A DNA stretch of 63,617 nucleotides, filler included, from Thermodesulfobacteriota bacterium (GTDB lineage: Bacteria > DASVDK01): assembly GCA_036381125.1 (NCBI GenBank). It is 7 parts of 7 records of this genome, joined end to end, with 100 filler letters (N's around TTAATTAATTAA, not from the genome) between each part and the next. Parts side by side here need not be neighbours in the genome. Positions count along the whole stretch, not along the records: positions 1 to 18,211 come from DASVDK010000335.1; 6 more parts are not named here. One strand, given 5' to 3'. Under the pieces are notes generated by a model. It had not been told where the DNA came from. It saw nothing but the letters and a program-made list of their open reading frames with translations, and ran no database searches. Within the stretch, counting starts at the first letter, position 1, and each line of letters begins with the position of its first letter. Position numbers and translations under genes: made by a program. This document shows, in pieces, positions 1-9,106 of this stretch.

Positions 1-423
1 GAGGCGCCCCGAGGTCACCCGGGCCGTGAAGACGTGCGAGGTCCAGGGCACCACGCGCCCCGGTCCGTCGGCCGCCTGCTCGACGAAGCGGCCGTCGACC
101 CGCACCACGTACCGCTCGAGCGCGATGTCGAGCCCGGTCTCCTCGCGCGCCTCCCGCCAGACCCCCGCCTCGATCCCCTCGCCCGGCTCGACGCCGCCAG
201 ACGGCGGCCGCCAGCAGCCGGGCGGGAAGTCGGGCTTGCGGATCACGACCACCCGTTTCGCCGGGTCGAGGACGAAGAACGTCACGTCGTGGGCCCGGCC
301 CCACCGCTGGCTCGCGACGAGCCGATCGGTCTCGGCCGGGGTCAGCTCGGTCTCGAGGGCGACCACCCGCGGCACGCCGAAGCGGCGCTCGCAGGCGGCG
401 ATCGCCTCGCGCGTCAGGTACAC
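1..423 (-). CDS. NUDIX hydrolase (3' end cut by window edge)
   Basis: Not in the ORF track. Manual minus-strand translation from GTG at 423 gives MYLTREAIAACERRFG...GGVEPGEGIEAGVWREAREETGL, an exact Nudix box GX5EX7REUXEEXGU. Confidence 0.85.
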   Translation of the reverse strand, partial: MYLTREAIAACERRFGVPRVVALETELTPAETDRLVASQRWGRAHDVTFFVLDPAKRVVVIRKPDFPPGCWRPPSGGVEPGEGIEAGVWREAREETGLDIALERYVVRVDGRFVEQAADGPGRVVPWTSHVFTARVTSGRL

Positions 424-429
424 GGCCGA

Positions 430-1149
430 TCAGTCGGCGAGCCGACCGAAGCCGGCGAAGAGTTCGCCCGCGAGGTAGCGCGTGTGGGCCGGATCGGAGC
501 GGCGCTTGCGCCGCAGGAAGTCGTTGAGGACCCGCCCGTCCCGCGTGCGGTGAACGCCGGGCCGCGCGAGGTTCATCCGGTAGCGCTCGATCCCCCGCGA
601 CACCCGGCTCACGAAGACGACCGTGCCGTCCCGCTCGACCCGCTCGACGATCCCGACGTGCGTGAGCAGGTCGTTCACGCGGCCGTCGCCGTTGCGGTCC
701 CAGGTGTTGTGGAAGAAGACGATGTCGCCCGGCCTCGCGTCCGGCCCCTCGTGGACGACGCCGCGGCTCGCCACGTGCCGGTAGATCAGCCGGACGCCGT
801 TGGCCGCGTCGCCGGTCTCCACGCCGTCGTAGAGGTCGACGCCGTGACGCAGGTAGACCGCGCGGGCGAGGCCCGAGCAGTCGAAGGGGAGCCGCCGGCC
901 GCGCGCCTCGACCCGCCTCGCGCCGACGAACGCGGCCGCCGTCCGCGCGATGGCGCGCTGCGCCGGGCTCGGCGTCGCCGCGACGCAGCAGTCGCGCGGC
1001 CGGACCGGCGCCGACGCCGCGGCCTTCGGCCTCGGGGCCGGCCCGTCCGGCCGCACGCTCCCGGCGCAGCCGGCCAGAAGACCGGCGGCAAGCCCCGCGG
1101 CAACCGCCGGGAGGAGCCGGGTTGTGCGCGCCCACACACGGATGTGCAT
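430..1149 (-). CDS. NlpC/P60 (CHAP-like) cell-wall peptidase lipoprotein
   Basis: C-terminal part of ORF 430..5049. Lipobox LLAGC, catalytic FDCSG, PGDIVFF and THVGIV motifs. ATG 1149 preceded by AGGGGA. Confidence 0.85.
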   Translation of the reverse strand: MHIRVWARTTRLLPAVAAGLAAGLLAGCAGSVRPDGPAPRPKAAASAPVRPRDCCVAATPSPAQRAIARTAAAFVGARRVEARGRRLPFDCSGLARAVYLRHGVDLYDGVETGDAANGVRLIYRHVASRGVVHEGPDARPGDIVFFHNTWDRNGDGRVNDLLTHVGIVERVERDGTVVFVSRVSRGIERYRMNLARPGVHRTRDGRVLNDFLRRKRRSDPAHTRYLAGELFAGFGRLAD

Positions 1150-1177
1150 GATTCCCCTGGGAATTCGGTTCCCGGGG

Positions 1178-1206
1178 CTTATAGCCGAGCCCCGCCCGGC
1201 TGTCAA
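1178..1206 (-). promoter_or_regulatory. sigma70-type promoter for the NlpC/P60-NUDIX pair
   Basis: Minus strand TTGACA (1206-1201), 17-nt spacer, TATAAG (1183-1178), 28 nt upstream of the ATG. Confidence 0.75.
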
Positions 1207-1226
1207 CGCGGCGCGGGCCGCCGCGC

Positions 1227-3869
1227 TCAGTGCCCGGCGGGCGACTGACGAACGTCCAGCACCAGGTGCGCCCGCTCGTCCATGTCCTCCACCCGGCCGA
1301 ACACGCTGGCCGGCACGCCCGGCATGGCGCCGAGGAGCGATACCGCGACGGAGACGGCGTACGGGATCGACTGCACGCACAGGACGATCGCCCACATGCC
1401 GAGGCCGCGCACGTCGGTGTTCGCGGCGGTGAGCACGCCGTACGCGGCAAGCCACAACCCGAACATGATCAGCGTCTCCTCGCGGCAGCCGGCGAGCGCC
1501 TGCGCGAGCGCGTGGGACCCCGTCTGCTTCGGCGTCCGGAAGAACGGCCGGCGAGTGGTGAGGAGCCCGGTCACGACGGCGATGCCGATCGTGTGCGTCA
1601 GGGCGAGCCCGGCGGTTGCCGCCGCGAGCGTCTGCCTGAGGTTGGCCCCCACGCGCGTCCGGTAGAGGTAGACGAGCTTGACCAGCTTGAACCCGAACAG
1701 GACGAGCGGCAGCGCCGAGCAGATCACGAGCGGCGGCTCGACGGCGCGCGGGAACAGGATCATGGCGAGCGACCACAGGATCGCGGCCAGGTTGAACACG
1801 AGGTTGAGCCCGTCCGCGATCCACGGCAGCCAGCCGGCGATGAAATGGTATCGCTGGCCGACCGACAGCCCGCCCTGGGGGCCGAAGAGCGCCGCCGCGT
1901 GGCGCCTCAGGATCTGCACCGCGCCGTAGGCCCAGCGGAAGCGCTGTTTCTTGTAGTCGAGGAAGGTGTCCGGCATGAGGCCCCGGCCGTAGCTCTTGGG
2001 GACATAGGCCGCCTCGTGGCCGCTCGCGAACACGCGCAGGCCGAGCTCGGCGTCCTCCGTGATGCACCACTCCGCCCACCCGCCGACCTCCTCGAGCACG
2101 CGGCGGCGGATCATCGTCATGGTGCCGTGCTGGATGATGGCGTTGCGCTCGTTGCGCGTGATCATGCCGATGTAGAAGAAGCCGCGGTACTCGGCGTAGC
2201 AGACCGTCTTGAAGGCGTTGACGTTGCCGTCGCGGTAGTCCTGCGGCGCCTGCACGACGGTGATGCGCGGCCGCGCGAACAGGGGCGCGAGTTCGCGCAG
2301 CCAGCGGCGGTCCACGACGTAGTCGCTGTCGATCACCGCGACGACCTCCGCCTCCTCGGCGGTCCGGCGGAGCGCGTAGTTGAGCGCACCGGCCTTGAAG
2401 CCGGCCAGCGGGTCCACGTGGAAGAAGCGGAACCGGGGGCCGAGACGGCGGCAGTGCGCCTCCACGGGACGCCACACCGCCTCGTCCCTCGTGTTGTTGT
2501 CGACGACGATCACCTCGTACCGCGGGTAGTCGAGGCGCGCGAGGGCGTCGAGCGTCTCGATGAGCATCTCCGGCGGCTCGTTGTAGGCCGGAACGTGCAC
2601 GGAGACCATCGGCAGCGTCTCGTCGGCCGCCCGCACCGGCTCGAACGCCCGCCGCCGCATCCGGACCCAATGGGCCTCGGCCCACTCGTGCGCCTCGGCG
2701 AGCACGACCAGGATCACGCCGAGCATGCCGAGGAGCAGCAGGAACCCGACGACGACGCTGGTCGCCGTGAGGTACTGCCGGGTGTAGTCGTAGACCACCC
2801 AGACGATCAGCGTCGAGGCCGCGTACACGATCGCCGCGAGGAAGCCGCGGCCGCGCGTCCGCAGGGTCTGACCGTCCCAGTAGAACAGCGCCAGCATCGA
2901 GACGCCCATCAACACGGACAGGCCGGCCAGCCGGCGCCACTCGCGGACGGGGACGACGGGACGGTAGAAGGGGAACTTGCGCTCGCGCCGGACGTCCCAG
3001 ATGCCCCAGTACGCGCCCACCGCGCCCTCGATCGACCGCTTCCAGGGCTGGTCGAAGGCCTCCATCAGGTAGTACCGCCACCGCTCCTCCGCGGCGCGCG
3101 CGAGGAAGCGGCGCAGGAAGATGGCCTGGTTGGCGACGGACGCCACGGCCTCGCCGCGCGCGCGGCCGTAGCTCGGCCACCCCACCTCGGTCATCACGAT
3201 GCGCGTGCCGGGATAGGCGCGCTCGAGTTCGCGCATGCGCTGGGCGACGTGGTCCACCGCGAGGTGGACGTCCACGCCCTCCCAGTACGGCAGCATGTGT
3301 ACGGCGATGAAGTCGACGTGCCGCACGAGGTCCGGGTTGTCGAGCCAGACGTGCCACGGCTCGGCCGTGCTGACCGGCTGCTTCACGGCCGCGCGCACCC
3401 GCTCGATGTACCCGATGAGCTCCTCGACCGGGACGTCGCCCCGCAGCACCACCTCGTTGCCGACGACGACCGACGTCACGTTGGGGTGCGCCCTGGCGAC
3501 GTCGATGACGCGCGCGATCTCGACTTCGTTCCGGTCCCGCTGGTGATCCACCCACGCCCCGAGCATCACCGTCATGCCGTGGGCGCGGGCAAGCGCCGGG
3601 ATCTCGGCCAGCGAGCCTTCGACCCCGTAGGTGCGTATCGCGTCGCTCTTGCGGGCGACCAGCGCCAGGTCGGCGGCGATGTCGGCCTCCGTCGGCAGCC
3701 TCCCGGTCGCGGGGCTCTGGTCGAGTTTGAACGGGGAGAACGAAACCCCCCGGATCCGGCCGTGCCACGGCACTTCCTCGGACGGCCGGTTGACGTAGGC
3801 CCAGAGGGCGACCGTGAGCGCGCCGGCGACGACGGCGACGAGCACGCTGGACGTACCCATGAAGCGCAC
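1227..3869 (-). CDS. ndvB: GH17-GT2 fusion, NdvB-type (cyclic) beta-1,3-glucan synthase
   Basis: N-terminal TM, GH17 domain with VGNE and TEVGWPS catalytic Glu motifs, TM block, then GT2 with VPAYNE, KAGALN, DSD, TED and QRFRW, then C-terminal TMs. Start may be ATG 3860. Confidence 0.85.
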   Translation of the reverse strand: MRFMGTSSVLVAVVAGALTVALWAYVNRPSEEVPWHGRIRGVSFSPFKLDQSPATGRLPTEADIAADLALVARKSDAIRTYGVEGSLAEIPALARAHGMTVMLGAWVDHQRDRNEVEIARVIDVARAHPNVTSVVVGNEVVLRGDVPVEELIGYIERVRAAVKQPVSTAEPWHVWLDNPDLVRHVDFIAVHMLPYWEGVDVHLAVDHVAQRMRELERAYPGTRIVMTEVGWPSYGRARGEAVASVANQAIFLRRFLARAAEERWRYYLMEAFDQPWKRSIEGAVGAYWGIWDVRRERKFPFYRPVVPVREWRRLAGLSVLMGVSMLALFYWDGQTLRTRGRGFLAAIVYAASTLIVWVVYDYTRQYLTATSVVVGFLLLLGMLGVILVVLAEAHEWAEAHWVRMRRRAFEPVRAADETLPMVSVHVPAYNEPPEMLIETLDALARLDYPRYEVIVVDNNTRDEAVWRPVEAHCRRLGPRFRFFHVDPLAGFKAGALNYALRRTAEEAEVVAVIDSDYVVDRRWLRELAPLFARPRITVVQAPQDYRDGNVNAFKTVCYAEYRGFFYIGMITRNERNAIIQHGTMTMIRRRVLEEVGGWAEWCITEDAELGLRVFASGHEAAYVPKSYGRGLMPDTFLDYKKQRFRWAYGAVQILRRHAAALFGPQGGLSVGQRYHFIAGWLPWIADGLNLVFNLAAILWSLAMILFPRAVEPPLVICSALPLVLFGFKLVKLVYLYRTRVGANLRQTLAAATAGLALTHTIGIAVVTGLLTTRRPFFRTPKQTGSHALAQALAGCREETLIMFGLWLAAYGVLTAANTDVRGLGMWAIVLCVQSIPYAVSVAVSLLGAMPGVPASVFGRVEDMDERAHLVLDVRQSPAGH

Positions 3870-4519
3870 CGGCCGTCCCCTCCCGTCCGATCAGGCAGAC
3901 GGGCGCGCCGCGCGACGGTCCGTCCGGTCGCGGAACGATCGCGGAAGCTGTCGGGAAGGCGTCACGAGGGAAGCGTCGATCACGAGATCCCGTGTCCGGC
4001 TGCTCATGGTCTCGACGTCGCCGCCGGGCCCACGCACCCGATTCGCCGGACACGCAGCGCGAGGCGGCCGCGACGAGGCGGACGGCCGCCGACGCACCCG
4101 GGTGGCGGAGCGCCGACTGTCGTTGTTGGCTGTGTCGCAGTGCTCGAGTGGGGCGGCGACGTCCCAGATGGTGCCGGCGGGCGTCACCGCGCGCTGGACC
4201 AGACGCGAGCCATGAGATGATAGACCGTCCAGGCCGGGGAATCTGTGACGTGACGCACCGGGACATCGGTTGCGCCGACCGATCCGCTGTCGCCGGGGGG
4301 CTCCCGGCCGGGCCGGGACTCCACCTCGTCGATCCGCATCCCCGGGCCGCCGTGCGGTAGACGAGCGACGTCGCCGGGCAACCGGCGAGCGCATGCGGAG
4401 CGTGCCCGACCGGGTTCGCGCCCTGGTCGCGCCCGAGACGCGCCGCCGGCTCGTCGTCGTGGAGGAGGAGGTACCCGGCGCGTCCGATGACGCCCCACGC
4501 GGCGCGCTTGCGCGCGCCC

Positions 4520-4535
4520 TGGCGCCGTGATTGCA
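4520..4535 (+). promoter_or_regulatory. sigma54 (-24/-12) promoter upstream of the USP gene
   Basis: TGGCGCCGTGATTGCA fits TGGC-N7-TTGCW with exact GG-N10-GC spacing, about 90 nt before ATG 4625. Confidence 0.7.
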
Positions 4536-4624
4536 TAGGTGGTTCGGGTTCCCCGGAGTCGCCGTGCGGCGGCCCGACGGGGTCGACCCCAGGACGCCTG
4601 TGGTACGGGACAGGAGGGGCGGTC

Positions 4625-5551
4625 ATGGCCGAGGTACGGCGGCTCCTCGCCGCGAGCGATCTCTCTGCCGGCGCGGGACGTGCGCTCGCGCGCGCGGTCG
4701 AGCTCGCCAGCCGCCACCGGGCGCGCCTCACCGTGCTCCACGTCGTCGAGGCCGGCGCCGAAGGGGCGACGCCGCAGATGCTCGAGGCGCAGGCGAACGC
4801 CGCGGAGGCCGCCCTTCGGCTCGAGATCGATCCCCTCCTCCTGCGCTTCGCCGGATCGGACCCGCTCGACGTCGACATCCGCGTCGTCCCGGGCCGGGAT
4901 TTCGAGCAGATCATCGAGCAGGCGCGTGCGGACGAGGCCGACCTCGTCGTGCTCGGGGCGCGCGGCGCGCACAGCGTGCGCGACCTCTTCGTCGGCACGA
5001 CGGCCGAGCGGGTCCTCCGGCTCGGCGACCGTCCGGTCCTCGTCGTCAAGCGAGTCCCCAGGAACGGCTACCGGCGCGTGCTCGTCCCGGTGGACTTCTC
5101 CGAGGCGTCACGGCTGGCGCTCGACTTCGCGCTCGCCCTCGCGCCGACCGCGTCGATCCGCGTGCTGCACGTCGTCGATCCGGGCCTCGAGCCGGCCCTG
5201 CGGCAGACCGGGGCGACCGACGCGGAGATCGAGGCGTACCGACGCGAGCGGATCGAGGCGGGCGAGCGGGACCTCGCGCGGTTCCTCGAGGGCGCGCGAG
5301 CGGAGACCGCGCCGGAGGGGCGACGGCCGGCGCTCGACGCCTCCGTCGAGTCCGGCCGTCCCGAGGCGGTGATCCCCGCCGCCGTGCGCCGCCTGCGCGC
5401 GAACCTCGTCGTCATGGGCACGCGGGGCCGGACGGCCTCTCCCCGCCTCCTGCTCGGCAGCGTCGCGGAGCACGTCGTGCGGGACGCCAGGTGCGACGTG
5501 CTGGCGGTCCGCTCGGCGCCTGCCGAGCCCTGGCGCCCGGTCGCCTGGTAG
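4625..5551 (+). CDS. Tandem-domain universal stress protein
   Basis: Two USP domains (LLAASDLS...DLVVLGARG...GTTAERVLR; VLVPVDFS...LVVMGTRG...LGSVAEHVVR). RBS GGAGG before ATG 4625. Confidence 0.92.
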   Translation: MAEVRRLLAASDLSAGAGRALARAVELASRHRARLTVLHVVEAGAEGATPQMLEAQANAAEAALRLEIDPLLLRFAGSDPLDVDIRVVPGRDFEQIIEQARADEADLVVLGARGAHSVRDLFVGTTAERVLRLGDRPVLVVKRVPRNGYRRVLVPVDFSEASRLALDFALALAPTASIRVLHVVDPGLEPALRQTGATDAEIEAYRRERIEAGERDLARFLEGARAETAPEGRRPALDASVESGRPEAVIPAAVRRLRANLVVMGTRGRTASPRLLLGSVAEHVVRDARCDVLAVRSAPAEPWRPVAW

Positions 5552-5658
5552 TCCCGGTCCGATCGCCGGGGCCGCGCCGTCCCGGCCGCCCTGCCGTTCG
5601 CGGCGCACCGCGCTCGCGTATGTGCGAGAATGCAACTCTGCTCGAGACGGAGAGGGCC

Positions 5659-6075
5659 ATGACCGCACCCAAGATCACGATCACGTCCCACGACAGCAAC
5701 CGGCTCCTGCGCCTCCTCGAGGCGTCGATGGAGGAGCCTCGGCTGAGGCGCGTGGCCGAATTCCTGGACGAGGAGATGGCCAGAGCGGAGATCGTCGCGC
5801 CCGAGGCCGTCCAGCCGACCGTGGTGACCATGAACTCGCGCGTGGAGTACGAGGACCTCATGACCGGCCAGCGGCGGTCGATCGTCCTCGTCTACCCGGA
5901 GGATGCCGACGCCGACTCGGATCGGCTCTCCGTGCTGAGCCCGGTCGGCGCGGCGTTGCTCGGCCTCTCGGAGGGGCAGGAGATCACCTGGCAGCTCGCG
6001 GACGGGCAGCGCCGCCGCCTCAAGATCCTGAAGGTGCTCTTCCAGCCCGAGGCGGCCGGCCAGTACGATCGCTGA
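5659..6075 (+). CDS. rnk: Regulator of nucleoside diphosphate kinase (GreA/GreB family, short form)
   Basis: C-terminal part of ORF 4531..6075: ITITSHD...VVTMNSRV...LVYP...SVLSPVGAALLGL...ILKVLFQPEAAG. Confidence 0.88.
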   Translation: MTAPKITITSHDSNRLLRLLEASMEEPRLRRVAEFLDEEMARAEIVAPEAVQPTVVTMNSRVEYEDLMTGQRRSIVLVYPEDADADSDRLSVLSPVGAALLGLSEGQEITWQLADGQRRRLKILKVLFQPEAAGQYDR

Positions 6076-6080
6076 GCGGC

Positions 6081-6653
6081 CTACCGGCCCGCCTGCGGCG
6101 GTCGCCCGGCCACGGCCTGCGCCACCGCCTCGGCGAAGGGATGCGCGGCATCGGGACCGGCGGCCGTGACGATCCCCCTGTCGACGACGACCGGATCGTC
6201 GAGGTGGACGGCGCCGGCCCGCTCGAGCTCGTGCCGCGCGTGCGGCAGGCCGAAGACGGTGGCGCGCACCCCCTGGAGCAGCCCGGCGCGCGCGAGCACC
6301 GGGGTCGCAAGCGACGTGGCGCCGATGACCGCCCCCGCGTCGTGGGCCAGGCGCAGCAGCGAGTGGAGCATCCCGTGGTCCCACAGGAAGGTCTGGGCGC
6401 CGCGGCCGCCGACTACCACGATCGCGTCGTAGCCGCGCCGCCCTCCGGTGGCGATCTCGGGGGCCTCGAGGACGAGGTCGGGCGTGATCTCCGCGCCGCG
6501 GTCGCCGCGAGCAACCGCCGCGGTCGAGGCCACCTCGACGCGGGCGCCGAGGTGCTCGAAGACCCCCTTCGGCTCGAGCAGCTCCTGGTCCTCGAACTCG
6601 GTCGGGGCGACGACCATGAGGATGCGGCGTCCGTCGAGCGATCGTGCGTTCAT
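6081..6653 (-). CDS. DJ-1/PfpI family protein (nucleophile-elbow Cys replaced by Ser)
   Basis: ILMVVAPTEFEDQE, YDAIVVVGG, GATSLA, AGLLQGVRAT, VVVDRGIVTAAGP. RBS GGGAGG. Confidence 0.85.
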   Translation of the reverse strand: MNARSLDGRRILMVVAPTEFEDQELLEPKGVFEHLGARVEVASTAAVARGDRGAEITPDLVLEAPEIATGGRRGYDAIVVVGGRGAQTFLWDHGMLHSLLRLAHDAGAVIGATSLATPVLARAGLLQGVRATVFGLPHARHELERAGAVHLDDPVVVDRGIVTAAGPDAAHPFAEAVAQAVAGRPPQAGR

Positions 6654-6759
6654 CGCGCGCCTCCCCTCCCCGGCCGGCTTCGCGAGCCGGAGCGGCGCGC
6701 CAGGAGGGCGCACCCGCGGAAACCGGGGAGATGTCGCGGCTGATAGGGTAGCATGAGGC

Positions 6760-7350
6760 ATGCCGACGGCGGCGCGTGTCGACACGACCACGAGGGCTTC
6801 CGGCAAGCAGGACTTCCCCGTCGCCGAGATCCGGCGGTTTCTCGAGCCCGGGCCGGTCGTCCTCGTCAGCTCGGCGTGGAAGGGCCGGGCCAACATCATG
6901 ACCATGGGCTGGCACACGGTCATGGAGTTCACGCCGTCGCTCGTCGGCTGCGTCATCAGCAGCGCCAACCACAGCTTCGAGATGATCCGCCGGAGCCGGG
7001 AGTGCGTGATCAACGTCCCGACCGACGACCTCGCGCCGAAGGTGGTCGGCATCGGCAACTGCTCGGGCCGCGACACCGACAAGTTCGCCGCGTTCGGGCT
7101 CACCGCCGTCCCGGCCGAGCGGGTGAAGGCGCCGCTCATCGGCGAGTGCTACGCGAACCTCGAATGCCGGGTCGTCGACGCCCGCCTCGTCCGGACGTAC
7201 AACTTCTTCATCCTCGAGGTCGTCAAGGCGCACGCGGCGACCTCGCCTCGCTATCCGCGGACGATCCACTACAGAGGCGACGGCGTGTTCATGCTCTCCG
7301 GGCCGAACACGCGCCGCTACCGGAAGCTCTTCAGGCCCGAGATGCTCTGA
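6760..7350 (+). CDS. Flavin reductase-like (FMN-binding split barrel) protein
   Basis: PGPVVLVSS, NIMTMGW, ECVINVP, SGRDTDKF, APLIGECYANLEC motifs. Confidence 0.88.
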   Translation: MPTAARVDTTTRASGKQDFPVAEIRRFLEPGPVVLVSSAWKGRANIMTMGWHTVMEFTPSLVGCVISSANHSFEMIRRSRECVINVPTDDLAPKVVGIGNCSGRDTDKFAAFGLTAVPAERVKAPLIGECYANLECRVVDARLVRTYNFFILEVVKAHAATSPRYPRTIHYRGDGVFMLSGPNTRRYRKLFRPEML

Positions 7351-7672
7351 GACGATGCGCGGGGCCCGCGAGCCCCGGCGCCCCGGGGTGTGAGGACGTC
7401 CTCCGCCCGGAGGTCGGCAAGGGCGTCTGCCCACGCGGCGACGAGCAGGAGGCCGTAGCCGGCGGTGGCCGACGCGTCCTGCCGGGTCGTCTCCCTGCGG
7501 CGGGGCCCTGCCGTGCCCGTGACGCGTGCGGCCCCGAGCGCGCGCGTACCCGGACGCGGGTGCGCGCCGTGCATGCCCGGCCGGCACGCTCGCGCCGCCG
7601 TCCTTCCCTCCTCTCGCGCGCCGCTCACGACGCCAGCCGCGGGCGCGCTCACACCGTCACAAGGAGCGAACC

Positions 7673-9091
7673 ATGGCGAAAGAGCGGCTTGCCGCGGCCG
7701 CGTTCGCGGCGGGGCTCTCCCTCCTCGGCCTGGGGCTCGCGGTCTCGTGCTCGTCGGACTCGGACGACCCGGCCCCCGACGCACGCCCCGCGTTCCGCAA
7801 CCCGCCCGAGGTCACGAGCGCCGACGGCGTGCTCGCGACGACGCTCGAGGCGAAGGCCACCACGCACGAGATCGGCGGCCGGCGCTTCACGACCTGGCTG
7901 TACAACGGCCTCTACACGCCGCCGGTGCTCCGCGTGAAGCCGGGCGACGTGATCGAGCTGCGCCTGGTCAACGGCACGACCGAGCACACCAACCTTCACT
8001 ACCACGGGCTCAACGTCTCCCCCCGGGGCAACAGCGACAACATCTTCGTCCAGGTCGACCCGGGGGAGCACTTCGACTACCGGATCGAGATCTCGCCCGA
8101 GCACCCGACCGGCCTCTTCTGGTACCACCCGCACGCCCACGGCAACACCGAGTTCCAGACGTTCAACGGCATGTCGGGCGGCCTGATCGTCGACGGGCTC
8201 CTCGACCCCTTCCCTCCGGAGCTGCAGGGGATCGAGGAGCGGATCCTGCTCCTCAAGGACATCCAGCAGGCGGCCTCCGGCGAGGGGGTGCCGGACGACA
8301 TCGACAGCAACGCCCCGACGCAGCGCACCGTGAACGGACTCGTGAACCCGACGATGACGATCCGGCCGGGCGAGACGCAGCTCTGGCGGGTCGCCAACGT
8401 GGGGCCGGACATCTACTACCGGCTCTCGCTCGACCGCCACGTGCTCCACGAGATCGTCCGGGACGGCAACCGCCACACCGAGGTCGTCTCGCGCGACGAG
8501 ATCGTGCTGCCGCCCAGCTCGCGGGTCGAGTTCCTCGTCCAGGGGGGGCCGCCCGGCGAGTACGCGTTCCGGACGCTCGAGTTCGACACCGGGCCCCAGG
8601 GCGACCAGTACCCCGAGGTGACGCTCGCGACGCTCGTGTCCGGAGGCACGGCGGAGACGCCGGCCGTGCTGCCGACGGCGTTGCCGCCGGTGCCCGACCT
8701 CCGGAACGCCGAGATCAGCCGCCGCCGGCGCTTCGTCTTCTCCGAGAACGACGACGGCACGACGTTCTTCATCAACGGCCGCGGCTTCGACCCGGACCGG
8801 ACCGACACGACGGTGCGGCTCGGCGACGTGGAGGAGTGGGAGATCGTGAACGACTCGGAGGAGCTGCACGTGTTCCACATCCACCAGCTCGACTTCCAGG
8901 TCGTCGAGTCGGAGGGAGCGCCCGTGCCGTTCACCGGCTACCAGGACACCGTGAACCTCCCCTTCGGGGCCTCGGTGAAGATCCTGATCCCCTTCACGAA
9001 CCCGGTGATCGTCGGGCGGTTCGTCTACCACTGCCACATCATGGCGCACGAGGACAACGGGATGATGGCCGTGATCGAGGTCGCGCCCTGA
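7673..9091 (+). CDS. Three-domain multicopper oxidase, predicted lipoprotein
   Basis: All four Cu motifs present: TNLHYHG, WYHPHAHG, HVFHIH, HCHIMAHEDNGMM. Signal peptide ends LAVSC. RBS AAGGAG. Confidence 0.92.
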   Translation: MAKERLAAAAFAAGLSLLGLGLAVSCSSDSDDPAPDARPAFRNPPEVTSADGVLATTLEAKATTHEIGGRRFTTWLYNGLYTPPVLRVKPGDVIELRLVNGTTEHTNLHYHGLNVSPRGNSDNIFVQVDPGEHFDYRIEISPEHPTGLFWYHPHAHGNTEFQTFNGMSGGLIVDGLLDPFPPELQGIEERILLLKDIQQAASGEGVPDDIDSNAPTQRTVNGLVNPTMTIRPGETQLWRVANVGPDIYYRLSLDRHVLHEIVRDGNRHTEVVSRDEIVLPPSSRVEFLVQGGPPGEYAFRTLEFDTGPQGDQYPEVTLATLVSGGTAETPAVLPTALPPVPDLRNAEISRRRRFVFSENDDGTTFFINGRGFDPDRTDTTVRLGDVEEWEIVNDSEELHVFHIHQLDFQVVESEGAPVPFTGYQDTVNLPFGASVKILIPFTNPVIVGRFVYHCHIMAHEDNGMMAVIEVAP

Positions 9092-9106
9092 GACGCGCCC
9101 GCGCCG

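Noticed and set aside
430-5049. 1539-aa ORF and other giant ORFs (20344..24159, 24471..28292, 43118..46210, 51134..54178)
   Set aside because: Arg/Pro/Gly/Ala-rich shadow frames caused by stop-codon scarcity at high GC. Only the C-terminal parts of two of them (NlpC/P60, CDP-AP) are real genes.
7317-7520. Minus-strand peptide YGLLLVAAWADALADLRAEDVL as a gene remnant
   Set aside because: Looks protein-like, but no family is recognised and no start signal is present.
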